From an uncultured virus (IMG/VR IMGVR_UViG_3300027541_000721) (Duplodnaviria > Heunggongvirae > Uroviricota > Caudoviricetes), in the IMG/VR virus record IMGVR_UViG_3300027541_000721, positions 1 to 64,000 of that record: a stretch of 64,000 nucleotides of DNA; one strand, 5' to 3'. The position numbers and the translations under genes are program-made. Shown here in pieces: positions 36,010-45,906 of the stretch (position 1 is its first letter; each line of letters begins with the position of its first letter). A model generated the notes under the pieces. The model searched no databases. It worked only from the letters and a program-made list of their open reading frames with translations, and was not told the DNA's origin.

Positions 36010-39000
36010 GTGTCACCAAAAACCTTTGAATTCAACTTTCGAAGTTGTTCTTTTAGTTCTAAATTTTCTTCTTTTAAAGTTTTTACACTTTCAATAAGAA
36101 GACCAATTAAACCATTATAATTAACTGTCTTAGTTTCTCCATCAGTAACTAATTCAGGAATAACTGCTTCAACATCTTGAGCAATAACACCAGCAGATTG
36201 CTTTTTGTTTTCCTTCCAGTTAAAAGTTACACCGTTTATTTGAGAAACAATTTCTAGTGAATTTTCAATCTTATTAATATTTTCTTTTAATCTTCTGTCT
36301 GAAGTTGTATTATAATCAAATGCAGTTACAATACCAGGGAAATTTGCATTTCTTCCAAAATTAACATCGAGATCGGAGATACTAATAGTTGAATTTAAAT
36401 TACTACTACTTCTGATTTCAGATGCAATAATCTTTCCTTGGAATGAAACATCACCCGATGTGCTATACATATAGAATGAATTTGTTCCATCGGGTGCTTT
36501 AATAAATCCACTGGAAGAAATAAATGAATTTGCTGTTACAATTCCAGTAAAATTACCAGTAGTCGCAGTAATTGATCCAACTACAATATTTGGAGTTCCA
36601 GTAAGTCCCTGAGCAACAGTTGCAATTCCTGCTGAAGTTGCATAAGTTGCAATTCCAGAAGAAGTTGAATATGTAGATATTCCTGCAATACTTGCATAAG
36701 TTGCAATGCCTGCATAATTTACATACTGTTGATCAGTAAAGGTAATTGTTGCACCAACACCAATCGAATCAATACTTAAATTATTACCAACAAAATTTAT
36801 TAAACTAATACTAGAAGCAGATCCAACTAAAACACCATTATCTAATAAAGTAATACCTTCAATTGCACCAGAAGCAGCAGCAGGTCTCCATTCAGGTTTT
36901 CCTGAGGAAACTGAAAGTACATATGATTCTGGACCAATTGAAAGGAAACTGGTAATACCTACATTTTCCTGATAAGGTATTGCATATGAGGTTCCACCAC
37001 TTAAATTGATCGAACTAGTTGCAGTTCCACTTAAATTTCCATAGAAATAATTGGCAGATACTGAATCATCTGATACTGTTACTGCAGAACCTACTGCAAG
37101 TCTAACTCCATTTTTAACTTGAGTGGATCCAATACCAACCCCATAATTAAATAACCAAGCATCAGTAGTTCCTGTTCCAAGAGTTCCACCCTTTACCCAA
37201 GTTATCTGCTTATAAGTTGAAGAAATATCACCATTTGATAGATTTACTAATGGTGAACCCTCAGTACTCGCAATCGAAATTCCACCATAATTAGCAGAAG
37301 TATCAGTTTCGTTATGAGATGTAGAGTATCCTAGAACAATATTCTTATCTTCTATAAGTTGTTCTACAACATTTAATATAACTTGTGTTCCATTAACAGT
37401 TAAATTGCCATCAATAACAACGTTATTATTAACTGTAAGATCATTTTGAATGGTTACATTATTTGGAAGTCCAACTACTGGGGAAGACCCCTCACCAGTA
37501 GAAGATGTAACCTCAACTTCATTTACTGTTCCACTGATAGTCTTAACATAATCTCCGAAAGTATCAGTCCCCAGACCGACAGAATTTGGTTGAATAGTTG
37601 CAGCAATAGAAACATTTCCTGTTCCATCAAAAGTAACTCCAGAACCTACAATGTCACCAGTGATTGAAAATGTTCTTGGAGTTTGAAGTTTAGTTGATTG
37701 TGTAGATATTCCTGCAGTAGATGCATATGTTGCAATTCCAGAAGATTGTGAATATGCAGGTGTAGAAAATGTAATTACTGCTGTTGTTCCTACACCAGTA
37801 GCAGTAACATAATCACCAACAAAATCAATTGTTGCAAAACTGGAAGCAGATCCTACAATATTTCCTTCATCTTTAATTGTAATCCCTTCAAGTTTAGATA
37901 GAATAAGATCCGTAAGATTCCCACCAGATCCATAAAATGCTGTAGCAGTTACAACTCCAGAAACATAAACCTGATTTGCGGTTACAATTCCTAAAGTAGA
38001 AATTCCACTGACATTTAAATTAGTAACTGATGCAATTCCACCAATTACGTTTGTAGATACTCCAGCAGTGGTTGCATAAGTAGCAATTCCAGCAATAGGA
38101 GAATAAACTGCTGTTACATTAGTTAATCCTGAACCATCTCCAACATGACTTCCACTAAAAATACCTGCAGAAAGTCTTCCTGAGAAAGGATTATAAATTA
38201 AACCGTTAGTTCTTACGGAAGTATATCCACTTTGACTAGTGAAAAATCCTACATAATGATTTTGATTGCCTGAATAAGTACCTATTAAAACCTTATCGGA
38301 ATTTGTAGCAATGCCTGCTGAAGTTGCATAAGTCGAAGTTGATGCATTTCCATCTAAAGTTCCAACAAAAGTTGTTGCAGTAACAACACCACTAAAATTT
38401 CCATTACCTGTAACATTTAGATCTGATACTATTTGTCCTCCGATAGACAAATTAGTACTAATAGAAACTAAATTTGCATTTAAATATAGATCATTTGGAC
38501 TCGTTATATTTGGAGTCCCAGCATTAGTAGAAACAAATGAATTTGCAGTTACAACACCAGTAAAATTACCATCCCCACTTACATTTAAATTAGTAACTGA
38601 TGCAATTCCACCTATTACGTTTGTAGAGACTCCTGCAAAATCTGCATAAGTTGCTATGCCAGAAGAGGTTGCATAGGTTGATATGCCAGAAGAGGTTGCA
38701 TAGGTTGATATGTCAGAAGAGGTTGCATAGGTTGATATGCCAGAAGAGGTTGCATAGGTTGCTATGCCTGCAGTAATTGCATAGGTAGCAATACCAGCAT
38801 AAGAAGCATATTCAGTGTCAGTTTCTGAAAGAGGATACCAGAATCTACCACCCTCAGAAGTAGCAGTTGCAACTAAAATAAATACCTCTCCAGGAGGAAG
38901 AGGATTTGCCCCTATAGATGAGGGACCAACTAAAGGATCCCCAAGGTTAGGTTCAGCTTGCTCTAATCCTAAAAATTGATACCTATCAGGTGTGATATCA

Positions 39001-39050
39001 ACTTGAGGAGTTCTTTTTACTCTCTTACTTAGGAACCCTTGATTTGCCAT
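36006..39050 (-). CDS. Tail fibre protein with C-terminal S74 chaperone domain
   Basis: RYQFLGLEQAEPNLGDP N-terminus; KLQTPRTFSITGD...FDGTGNVSI motif; TSDRRLKENI...GVIAQDVE...VNYNGLIGLLIESVK. Confidence 0.85.
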   Translation of the reverse strand: MANQGFLSKRVKRTPQVDITPDRYQFLGLEQAEPNLGDPLVGPSSIGANPLPPGEVFILVATATSEGGRFWYPLSETDTEYASYAGIATYAITAGIATYATSSGISTYATSSDISTYATSSGISTYATSSGIATYADFAGVSTNVIGGIASVTNLNVSGDGNFTGVVTANSFVSTNAGTPNITSPNDLYLNANLVSISTNLSIGGQIVSDLNVTGNGNFSGVVTATTFVGTLDGNASTSTYATSAGIATNSDKVLIGTYSGNQNHYVGFFTSQSGYTSVRTNGLIYNPFSGRLSAGIFSGSHVGDGSGLTNVTAVYSPIAGIATYATTAGVSTNVIGGIASVTNLNVSGISTLGIVTANQVYVSGVVTATAFYGSGGNLTDLILSKLEGITIKDEGNIVGSASSFATIDFVGDYVTATGVGTTAVITFSTPAYSQSSGIATYASTAGISTQSTKLQTPRTFSITGDIVGSGVTFDGTGNVSIAATIQPNSVGLGTDTFGDYVKTISGTVNEVEVTSSTGEGSSPVVGLPNNVTIQNDLTVNNNVVIDGNLTVNGTQVILNVVEQLIEDKNIVLGYSTSHNETDTSANYGGISIASTEGSPLVNLSNGDISSTYKQITWVKGGTLGTGTTDAWLFNYGVGIGSTQVKNGVRLAVGSAVTVSDDSVSANYFYGNLSGTATSSINLSGGTSYAIPYQENVGITSFLSIGPESYVLSVSSGKPEWRPAAASGAIEGITLLDNGVLVGSASSISLINFVGNNLSIDSIGVGATITFTDQQYVNYAGIATYASIAGISTYSTSSGIATYATSAGIATVAQGLTGTPNIVVGSITATTGNFTGIVTANSFISSSGFIKAPDGTNSFYMYSTSGDVSFQGKIIASEIRSSSNLNSTISISDLDVNFGRNANFPGIVTAFDYNTTSDRRLKENINKIENSLEIVSQINGVTFNWKENKKQSAGVIAQDVEAVIPELVTDGETKTVNYNGLIGLLIESVKTLKEENLELKEQLRKLNSKVFGDT
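38656..38763. repeat. Coding 27-bp tandem repeat, four copies (GISTYATSS)
   Basis: ATGCCAGAAGAGGTTGCATAGGTTGAT x4; one copy carries a Gly-to-Asp change. Confidence 0.95.
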
Positions 39051-39060
39051 TTCTTATATA

Positions 39061-39417
39061 TTATTGATTAGAAGTTTCAAGAATACTGATAATAAACTTT
39101 AAATCAGTTGAACTACTACTACTTATAGTAATATAATCCCCTTGCTCAAGAACTAATTTTCCAGGCAATAAGTTTGCAGTATCATTACTAGGAATGTGAA
39201 AATTTTTAACAATTTCCGTAGAAACTGTTCCTACACCAGACACTACACGATTGTGATACCAACTTAATGTTTGAGTTTCGTTACCAATATTTGAACATTG
39301 TGCAAGCAAAAACACTCCAACGAATCCAACGGGTGCTTCATATATATTTTCTGTCGATAATCCAACAACTTTAGTAATTGTACGGAAATTATTTACTGCT
39401 GCTGCTGCAACTGCCAT
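39061..39417 (-). CDS. Small virion structural protein
   Basis: IY.AP.G...V.LLAQ..N...T.IVK.F.IP.ND...L..GKLVLE.GD...S.LET pattern. Confidence 0.7.
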   Translation of the reverse strand: MAVAAAAVNNFRTITKVVGLSTENIYEAPVGFVGVFLLAQCSNIGNETQTLSWYHNRVVSGVGTVSTEIVKNFHIPSNDTANLLPGKLVLEQGDYITISSSSSTDLKFIISILETSNQ

Positions 39418-39432
39418 TTTTAACGTTCCTCC

Positions 39433-42400
39433 TTAGTCTGATAGTGCAAGAATAAAAGGGGTTAAAGTTGTAAACAAACTCTTGGAGTAAATTCTACCAG
39501 AAATTGTTCCTGATGCTTGATTTATAACAACTCCATCACCAATTCGGAAATTTCCTGCTTGGTCGGTACTGGTATAAACTACAATTCCTCCATTTTCTTG
39601 AACAACTTCATTATCTTGAATAGCAACACCACCGAGAGCAGGTTTGGCACGATTAATATCATTTCCAGAACCAACCCATTCAAATGAATGAGATGATGTA
39701 ATTTGTAAACTTACTCGTGTAAAGTATACTGTAGTTCCTGCACTAACTGTATTATTTAGGTTCTGTAATAAAGTGATTGTAGAAATTCCGGCACTTGGTA
39801 AAGTAGCAGAATCAACTTTATAAAATATTGGTTGCATTCTAGACACTGATGCTTGTGCTTGAACTCCAACTCCAGTTGGAGGAGCAATCGTGACAGTGGG
39901 GGGATTTAAATATTGAGTTCCCGAGTTTATAATATTGATAGAAACCACTCTTCCATTTTCAATTGTAGATGTAGCTTGAGCAGTAATTCCATTTTCACCC
40001 TCAGGTGCAGAGAAAAACACTCTAGGTGCAGATTCATATCCGAATCCACCATCAGTAACTTCTACGGTATCGACAAAATTATATAAATCTCCAAAATAAC
40101 AAACCTGTCCATCATAAGGTCTATATGATCCTAATCCTCCAACCTGTACATCATTATTTTTTGCTGGAGAATCTGTGGTAACTGTTCCAGTATAACGATA
40201 AATTGATTTAGTATTTTCATCTCCATCTCCATCGGCATAAAGTCCTAGTCTACCAAATGATGAGTTAGAGTTTGTAATATCACATTGACCTCCAGATCCA
40301 GTAAATACTGAAATATCATTACAAATAGTAAAGATAGAAACTAACTGTGCATATGCACCATTTGTAATAGAAACTCCAATTCCACCTTGATTATACTGAG
40401 TGTATGAGTCAACACTCATTGTACCAGTAACACCTATATCATTTAAATCACCAGGTTCAGCATCAAATCCTTCCACTTTCATGCCTATACTGTTACCAAT
40501 AAAATTGGTACAGTTTCTTACATATGGTCCCTGTGTAATAGGTCCTACACCTTTAGAATATGGAGGTAAAACTAATCCTCCAGAAGAATAAGTATGCGGA
40601 ATAGTAGAAGTTCCAACTACGATTGTAAATGATCCTGGAGATGGTACATCTATTACTCTGAACTGATACCCCTCACTTCCTGTTGGATATATTGTAGTGG
40701 TCCCTGCACCACTCATACATGTAAATTCTAAATCACGAATTCCAACTAAATCACCTACATTAATGATTGCGTTTGGTGAAGAAATTGTAGTAATTCCTGT
40801 AGTATGATCATAATCTGCATCTATTACAGGAATAGAACGATCCACTACAAATCCACCTGAAACATAAGTATGAGGTAGCGTAGATACTCCAACGTAAATA
40901 TCAAAAGAACCATCTTCATTAACTTGCTCAACTAAAAATTGATTTCCATATTTTCCAGATGGGAACTTTTGAGTAGATGTAGTTATACCAGAAGAACACT
41001 CAAATACTAAGTCATATATTTCTACGGTGTCATTTTCTTTTACTGAAAAATTAGGAATTGTAAGTGTGGTTCTTCCACTTACTTCATCATAAACTGCATT
41101 GGTAACTTCTTTTACTGTTGTAAATCCAATTCCTGCATTTCCTGGATATGTAACATTAAATACATTGCCCAAAACAGTTGGACCTTGATCAATAATTGTA
41201 GTTACAACACCAACACATGAATAGATTGCAGATACTACATTTGCACAAGAATTTATATCAATATTTGATCCTGTAGCACTGTCTGCTTGCATTCCAAGAT
41301 CTCTAATTTGAGTAAATTCGGATTGATAATTACCATCCCAGGAGACATTATTAATACAAGATTTTGCAATTCCTGCAGCATAACGAATAGTATCTATAGT
41401 TTCAGTCTTAACACCAACAATATGTTGAAGAGTTTCATCACTATAATATGAAAGTCCTGCTCCTACACACTTAGAATTACCACCCCTAGTAATATCAAAG
41501 CAAATTGCTTTAAAAATATCCTTAATGTCATCTTTACATGAAGTATAGTCATTACTAGACAAAGTAAATGCTGGATATTGGTAATCTGTACTGGTTAAAT
41601 ATCCAACTGCTTCAGATGCAATAAAATCAAGATTCATACGAATCAGTCTTGCAGCATCAAAAAATCTATCTTCAGATACACCTAAAAGTGGTTGAAATGC
41701 TACAACTGCTGCACCTGAAGTAACATTAGGTCCAACAAAACTCATATCAGTTATATGGCATCCATTATTTACATGGAATAGATCTCTATCCAAATATTTT
41801 GGAGTGACTATACAGTTTCTCAGTTCAGTTCCTTCTACTGATACTGTTCTAGAAAGAACAATTGGATTTTCTTCAACATAAGCTCCAGGGAATACTTTTA
41901 TAGTATCTCCAGACAATGCAACTGCGGATGCTGATTTAATTGTTCTTTTTGGATGATTTTCTGACAATCCTGTATTATTATCATCACCATTTTGGGAAAC
42001 ATAAATTGTTTTACCAACTGGTCTATATGAAGATATTTCAACTACACCCTTTCCAGCAGTTTGACTGCTGTTAATATCAATACCAATTCCTGCAACAAGT
42101 TGTGTTACTATCCCAACCAGTCCTACACCATCACCAAGATATTCATTAGCAATAACAGTATTAAGAGTAGATACTCCAGATACAGATAATTGCGTTACCG
42201 AAGCAATTCCACCAACAACGTCAGTAGATACACCAGATGCTAAAGTGTATGCAGAAACTTCTGTTTGGAAAGACGTTCCTGTGATATTAATATCATATGT
42301 TCCAGACAGTCTTTCTTTAGGAATAACACCATCAAGAATATTTGCACCATCTGTTAAAAAATTTGCAGTATTTGCAGATCCAGTAACATTAATATCATAA

Positions 42401-42717
42401 GTTCCCTGAAGAACTGATGTGGAAACTATTCCACTCTTAATATTGCCTGCGTCTTCAAGAAAGTCTGCACTATCTACTGAAACTGGATAATAACCAGATA
42501 ATCTTTCAGAACTAATTGTTCCTGAAATAATATTTGAACCATTCAGTAAAGCATTAGCAAAGTCTGCAGTTCCTGAAAAAATACCAACAAATTTGTTTGC
42601 AGTAATAGTAGATGCACCTACTATACTATTCCCATCAAGATTTAGATTATCCCCGTAGGACAGTTCCTCAATCTTACCTGTATCGGGATTAACTATAAGT
42701 GGATATCTATCGGCCAT
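39433..42717 (-). CDS. Large virion structural protein (baseplate/fibre associated)
   Basis: MADRYPLI.N; IYVS.NGDD.N.G...P..TIK; PYVRNCT; SH.FE.VGSG motifs, some shared with the 2246-aa protein. Confidence 0.8.
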   Translation of the reverse strand: MADRYPLIVNPDTGKIEELSYGDNLNLDGNSIVGASTITANKFVGIFSGTADFANALLNGSNIISGTISSERLSGYYPVSVDSADFLEDAGNIKSGIVSTSVLQGTYDINVTGSANTANFLTDGANILDGVIPKERLSGTYDINITGTSFQTEVSAYTLASGVSTDVVGGIASVTQLSVSGVSTLNTVIANEYLGDGVGLVGIVTQLVAGIGIDINSSQTAGKGVVEISSYRPVGKTIYVSQNGDDNNTGLSENHPKRTIKSASAVALSGDTIKVFPGAYVEENPIVLSRTVSVEGTELRNCIVTPKYLDRDLFHVNNGCHITDMSFVGPNVTSGAAVVAFQPLLGVSEDRFFDAARLIRMNLDFIASEAVGYLTSTDYQYPAFTLSSNDYTSCKDDIKDIFKAICFDITRGGNSKCVGAGLSYYSDETLQHIVGVKTETIDTIRYAAGIAKSCINNVSWDGNYQSEFTQIRDLGMQADSATGSNIDINSCANVVSAIYSCVGVVTTIIDQGPTVLGNVFNVTYPGNAGIGFTTVKEVTNAVYDEVSGRTTLTIPNFSVKENDTVEIYDLVFECSSGITTSTQKFPSGKYGNQFLVEQVNEDGSFDIYVGVSTLPHTYVSGGFVVDRSIPVIDADYDHTTGITTISSPNAIINVGDLVGIRDLEFTCMSGAGTTTIYPTGSEGYQFRVIDVPSPGSFTIVVGTSTIPHTYSSGGLVLPPYSKGVGPITQGPYVRNCTNFIGNSIGMKVEGFDAEPGDLNDIGVTGTMSVDSYTQYNQGGIGVSITNGAYAQLVSIFTICNDISVFTGSGGQCDITNSNSSFGRLGLYADGDGDENTKSIYRYTGTVTTDSPAKNNDVQVGGLGSYRPYDGQVCYFGDLYNFVDTVEVTDGGFGYESAPRVFFSAPEGENGITAQATSTIENGRVVSINIINSGTQYLNPPTVTIAPPTGVGVQAQASVSRMQPIFYKVDSATLPSAGISTITLLQNLNNTVSAGTTVYFTRVSLQITSSHSFEWVGSGNDINRAKPALGGVAIQDNEVVQENGGIVVYTSTDQAGNFRIGDGVVINQASGTISGRIYSKSLFTTLTPFILALSD

Positions 42718-42760
42718 TAACTTATGTTTAGATGCTTTTAGTTCTTATAATATATAGGTT

Positions 42761-44443
42761 CTACTCATAAGGCCTAAAATCAAAATTAGATATATCTGAA
42801 ATAACTGCTTCCAATTCTGTTATTTCTTCATCTAATTTAGATGCAGATTGAAGAATAGACCATGCATATCTTTGAAGTTTTTCCCTTTGCTTTCTTAACG
42901 TATTAGATATAGATGCAGTTTGTTTAATTGCAGGAACATTTTTATTTCTAGTTTGAGTATAAGAATTTAAAGAATTATTAATTGTATTATCAAAAGAAGA
43001 ACAGTTTGGAGGAAAAACTCCGAGAGGTGGAGGTCCTGCAGCATATCCAATTACATCAGTTGCTGTAGCTGCTACTGTAACTCTAGTTCCTTCGGGTGCA
43101 TACTTTATAGTATAAATTGGAGGATCACCACCATTAGAAGTTTTTATTGTTGGCCACTGAGTTGTTCCAATATTATAACCACCTCTTCCTGCTCCTACCT
43201 CAGGCTCTGCATTCCTAATACATTCTCTCGTATCTTTATTCCATGTTGTATTTGATCTTAAAGTCCCATCACTTTTATATAAACAATCATTTTTATTTTT
43301 TTTAGTGCTGTCAACATAAGTTTTTCCGGGTTTATACTTATCAAACTCATTTTCTATTCCAGATTCGTCAAAATAAACACTACCCCCAGTACCTACAGTT
43401 GAAGATCCAATTATACCTATTTTAATAGGAGAATTTGGACTTTTAGTATAATCAAATCCTTTATAAATTTGAGAATCAACCCTTAGTGCAATAAGATCTG
43501 TAGTCAATCCGGACCTTGATGCTTCAGTTGATAAAAATACTGCAGAATAATTAGTAAGTATTCCAACAAAAAATTCACCCTCTTCAATATAATCAGTTGC
43601 ATTTGCACTCAATATTAAAGTATTGACTGTCAATAAAGATGTTTCTAAAACACCATCTTCACCATAATATTCAATAGGTTGACTGGCACTACCAAAACCA
43701 GTAATAGTTGTTAGATATGGAATGACTGGAGGATTAGTACCTACACCCAAATGAACAAGAGTCATGCCAGTTTTGATACCAACAAAACTACCTGCACCAA
43801 AGTTATTAAAAACATTAGAACCAGTAGAAATACCCCCTATTAGAGATGTTATTACACCAACTGAAATAGTTTCACCAAATCCAACTATCTCAGGTAAATT
43901 TCCAGGAGAATATATTGAAGGGTTATCAATATCGTCTGAAATTGTATCATTTATTTTTAATTCAGGTGGTCTAGATGTCGGATTTCCATCTTCATCCGTA
44001 ATTGCAATAATTGTAGATCCAGAAGAAACATTAGCATAAAACTCTGCAACTAAAGTTGATCCATAATCACGATCTAAAGGTTTTTTATAATATTTCAAAC
44101 CAACTTTTGGTTTATAATCATAAGTGTCTGGATTTTTTTGTACTTCCCAAACTTTATATTGTCCTATATTAAAAGGTGTAGGAGATTCTATTTCTACCCA
44201 TTTTAAATCTGTTCTACATCCTGAAGCAATTCTTGCATCATATGCTGCTTTTACAGCATCTACAGAAGCATTTACTTCACCGGATAAAGGTAAAGTACTT
44301 TCATCTATTGGATCAATTAGTCCATCATACTTATCAAGTTTAATATCTATTAATGATAACTGATCCAATAAATTATTTAATTGATTTTTTTTTCTTATTA
44401 TCTCTAACTTATATTCTTCAATAATGTCACTAGAATTACTCAT
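42761..44443 (-). CDS. Virion structural protein with coiled-coil ends
   Basis: ORF track; position in the gp5 operon; AY..RI..GC.TDL.W motif. Confidence 0.6.
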   Translation of the reverse strand: MSNSSDIIEEYKLEIIRKKNQLNNLLDQLSLIDIKLDKYDGLIDPIDESTLPLSGEVNASVDAVKAAYDARIASGCRTDLKWVEIESPTPFNIGQYKVWEVQKNPDTYDYKPKVGLKYYKKPLDRDYGSTLVAEFYANVSSGSTIIAITDEDGNPTSRPPELKINDTISDDIDNPSIYSPGNLPEIVGFGETISVGVITSLIGGISTGSNVFNNFGAGSFVGIKTGMTLVHLGVGTNPPVIPYLTTITGFGSASQPIEYYGEDGVLETSLLTVNTLILSANATDYIEEGEFFVGILTNYSAVFLSTEASRSGLTTDLIALRVDSQIYKGFDYTKSPNSPIKIGIIGSSTVGTGGSVYFDESGIENEFDKYKPGKTYVDSTKKNKNDCLYKSDGTLRSNTTWNKDTRECIRNAEPEVGAGRGGYNIGTTQWPTIKTSNGGDPPIYTIKYAPEGTRVTVAATATDVIGYAAGPPPLGVFPPNCSSFDNTINNSLNSYTQTRNKNVPAIKQTASISNTLRKQREKLQRYAWSILQSASKLDEEITELEAVISDISNFDFRPYE

Positions 44444-44465
44444 ATACTTTTCCTCATCAATTTAA

Positions 44466-45353
44466 TTAAGAATTAATTCCTGGTCTATAATCATAATGAT
44501 ATCCAACTATAGATCTTTGATCTTTTCCCGGATAATCTTCTATTTTACCTTCATATTCTACAACAATTTTATCTACATCTTTTCTTTCACCATAAACAAT
44601 ATAACTACAGTGAACTGCACTCCCTGCATTATTTAGAACTTTAATTTTAGACCCCCAATCTGATATTTCATAATAAAGTTCTTGATATGTTCCAATAGGA
44701 GTCAGGTAAACTGTAATTGTTTCCGAATCTACTAAACCTTTCCAATATTCTGGTAATTCTATAATATTAGAATCTTTTAAAATTCCTCTATGATAGACTG
44801 CCGCTTCAGGACCTTCTAAACAAATATGAGTCAATCTCCACCCTTTTTTAGTAGGGTGATGCATATCAAATCCTTTTGGAGGTGATGCTGCTGCAGTAGC
44901 TAATTGAGCATCAAGCCATTCACAACTAATAACTCCATCAACTCTCAATGCTCCATTTACAACTTCTGTAAGATTTGCTATACAAACATCATTACCAATT
45001 GCTAAGGCATTGCTGAGACTCGTTCCTTGTTTAATGTCTGCAGATTGTTTAATTTCTATTCCTTCACAAACAACTGCACCTGCAAATAAACTAGAACCTT
45101 CTACATTAAAAGATCCAATAATATTTGTTATACCATCGACAACAAGAGATGCAGGAAAAGAAGCAGATACTGGTGGTCCAATTGTGCAAGTAGCTCTTGC
45201 TGCAGGAGCAGCAAGAGCAGCACCCATCAAAACAGGTCCATTCAATACTGCAGTTCCGGGTAAAACTTTACTAGTAGCACTAATAAATGAAGTATCAAGT
45301 TGTCCTACAATAAGTTTATCACCTACTTGTGATATAGAAGTGGTATGTGACAT
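44466..45353 (-). CDS. Spike/beta-helix-like protein with C-terminal F...HP....L.H.CLEGPE..VY.RG domain
   Basis: Small-residue beta repeats, then KGFDMHHPTKKGWRLTHICLEGPEAAVYHRG...IELPEYW.GLV. Confidence 0.65.
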   Translation of the reverse strand: MSHTTSISQVGDKLIVGQLDTSFISATSKVLPGTAVLNGPVLMGAALAAPAARATCTIGPPVSASFPASLVVDGITNIIGSFNVEGSSLFAGAVVCEGIEIKQSADIKQGTSLSNALAIGNDVCIANLTEVVNGALRVDGVISCEWLDAQLATAAASPPKGFDMHHPTKKGWRLTHICLEGPEAAVYHRGILKDSNIIELPEYWKGLVDSETITVYLTPIGTYQELYYEISDWGSKIKVLNNAGSAVHCSYIVYGERKDVDKIVVEYEGKIEDYPGKDQRSIVGYHYDYRPGINS

Positions 45354-45354
45354 A

Positions 45355-45906
45355 TCAAATCATTTTCAAGAATTTTTTAAGATTACTTAAAGCACTTAGT
45401 ATCGATCCAACAAATGATCCTTGTGTTACATCTGAGAATGACGCACTAGATACTTGAACATTTGCTGCCATATCTACAGTTTGCCCATACATACCAATTT
45501 CATTTGTAGCCGTAATATCGACATTTGTTCCTTTCGTTCTAACAATAGGAGCATTAAATTCTATGATTTTACCGGACCCCAGAGTAATCTCACCACTACC
45601 ATCTGTAGCAACAATTCTTATATTTCTTGCACGAATTATAATATCTCCAGCAGGGGCATCTAAATAAATATCACCATTTTTTGCGTATATGACTTTCGCA
45701 GGTTCATCATCTACACATTTTGATCCAACAACTTCTATGGAAGTTTTAGGATTTGCCTCCACCCTATTTCCGTCTTCTCTAAGTTGAATCGAACTTCCAC
45801 TATCAGTAGTTACTGCCCATTCATATGTTGCTTCTTTGTTAGTAACATTATCATAAATCTTATGTGCAATATTTGTATCTATATTTTGCCTTTCGCTTTT
45901 ACTCAT
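45355..45906 (-). CDS. gp5 C-terminal-like beta-helical spike protein
   Basis: IYAKNGDIYLDAPAGDIIIRARNIRI.A beta-helix periodicity; directly downstream of gp5. Confidence 0.6.
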   Translation of the reverse strand: MSKSERQNIDTNIAHKIYDNVTNKEATYEWAVTTDSGSSIQLREDGNRVEANPKTSIEVVGSKCVDDEPAKVIYAKNGDIYLDAPAGDIIIRARNIRIVATDGSGEITLGSGKIIEFNAPIVRTKGTNVDITATNEIGMYGQTVDMAANVQVSSASFSDVTQGSFVGSILSALSNLKKFLKMI

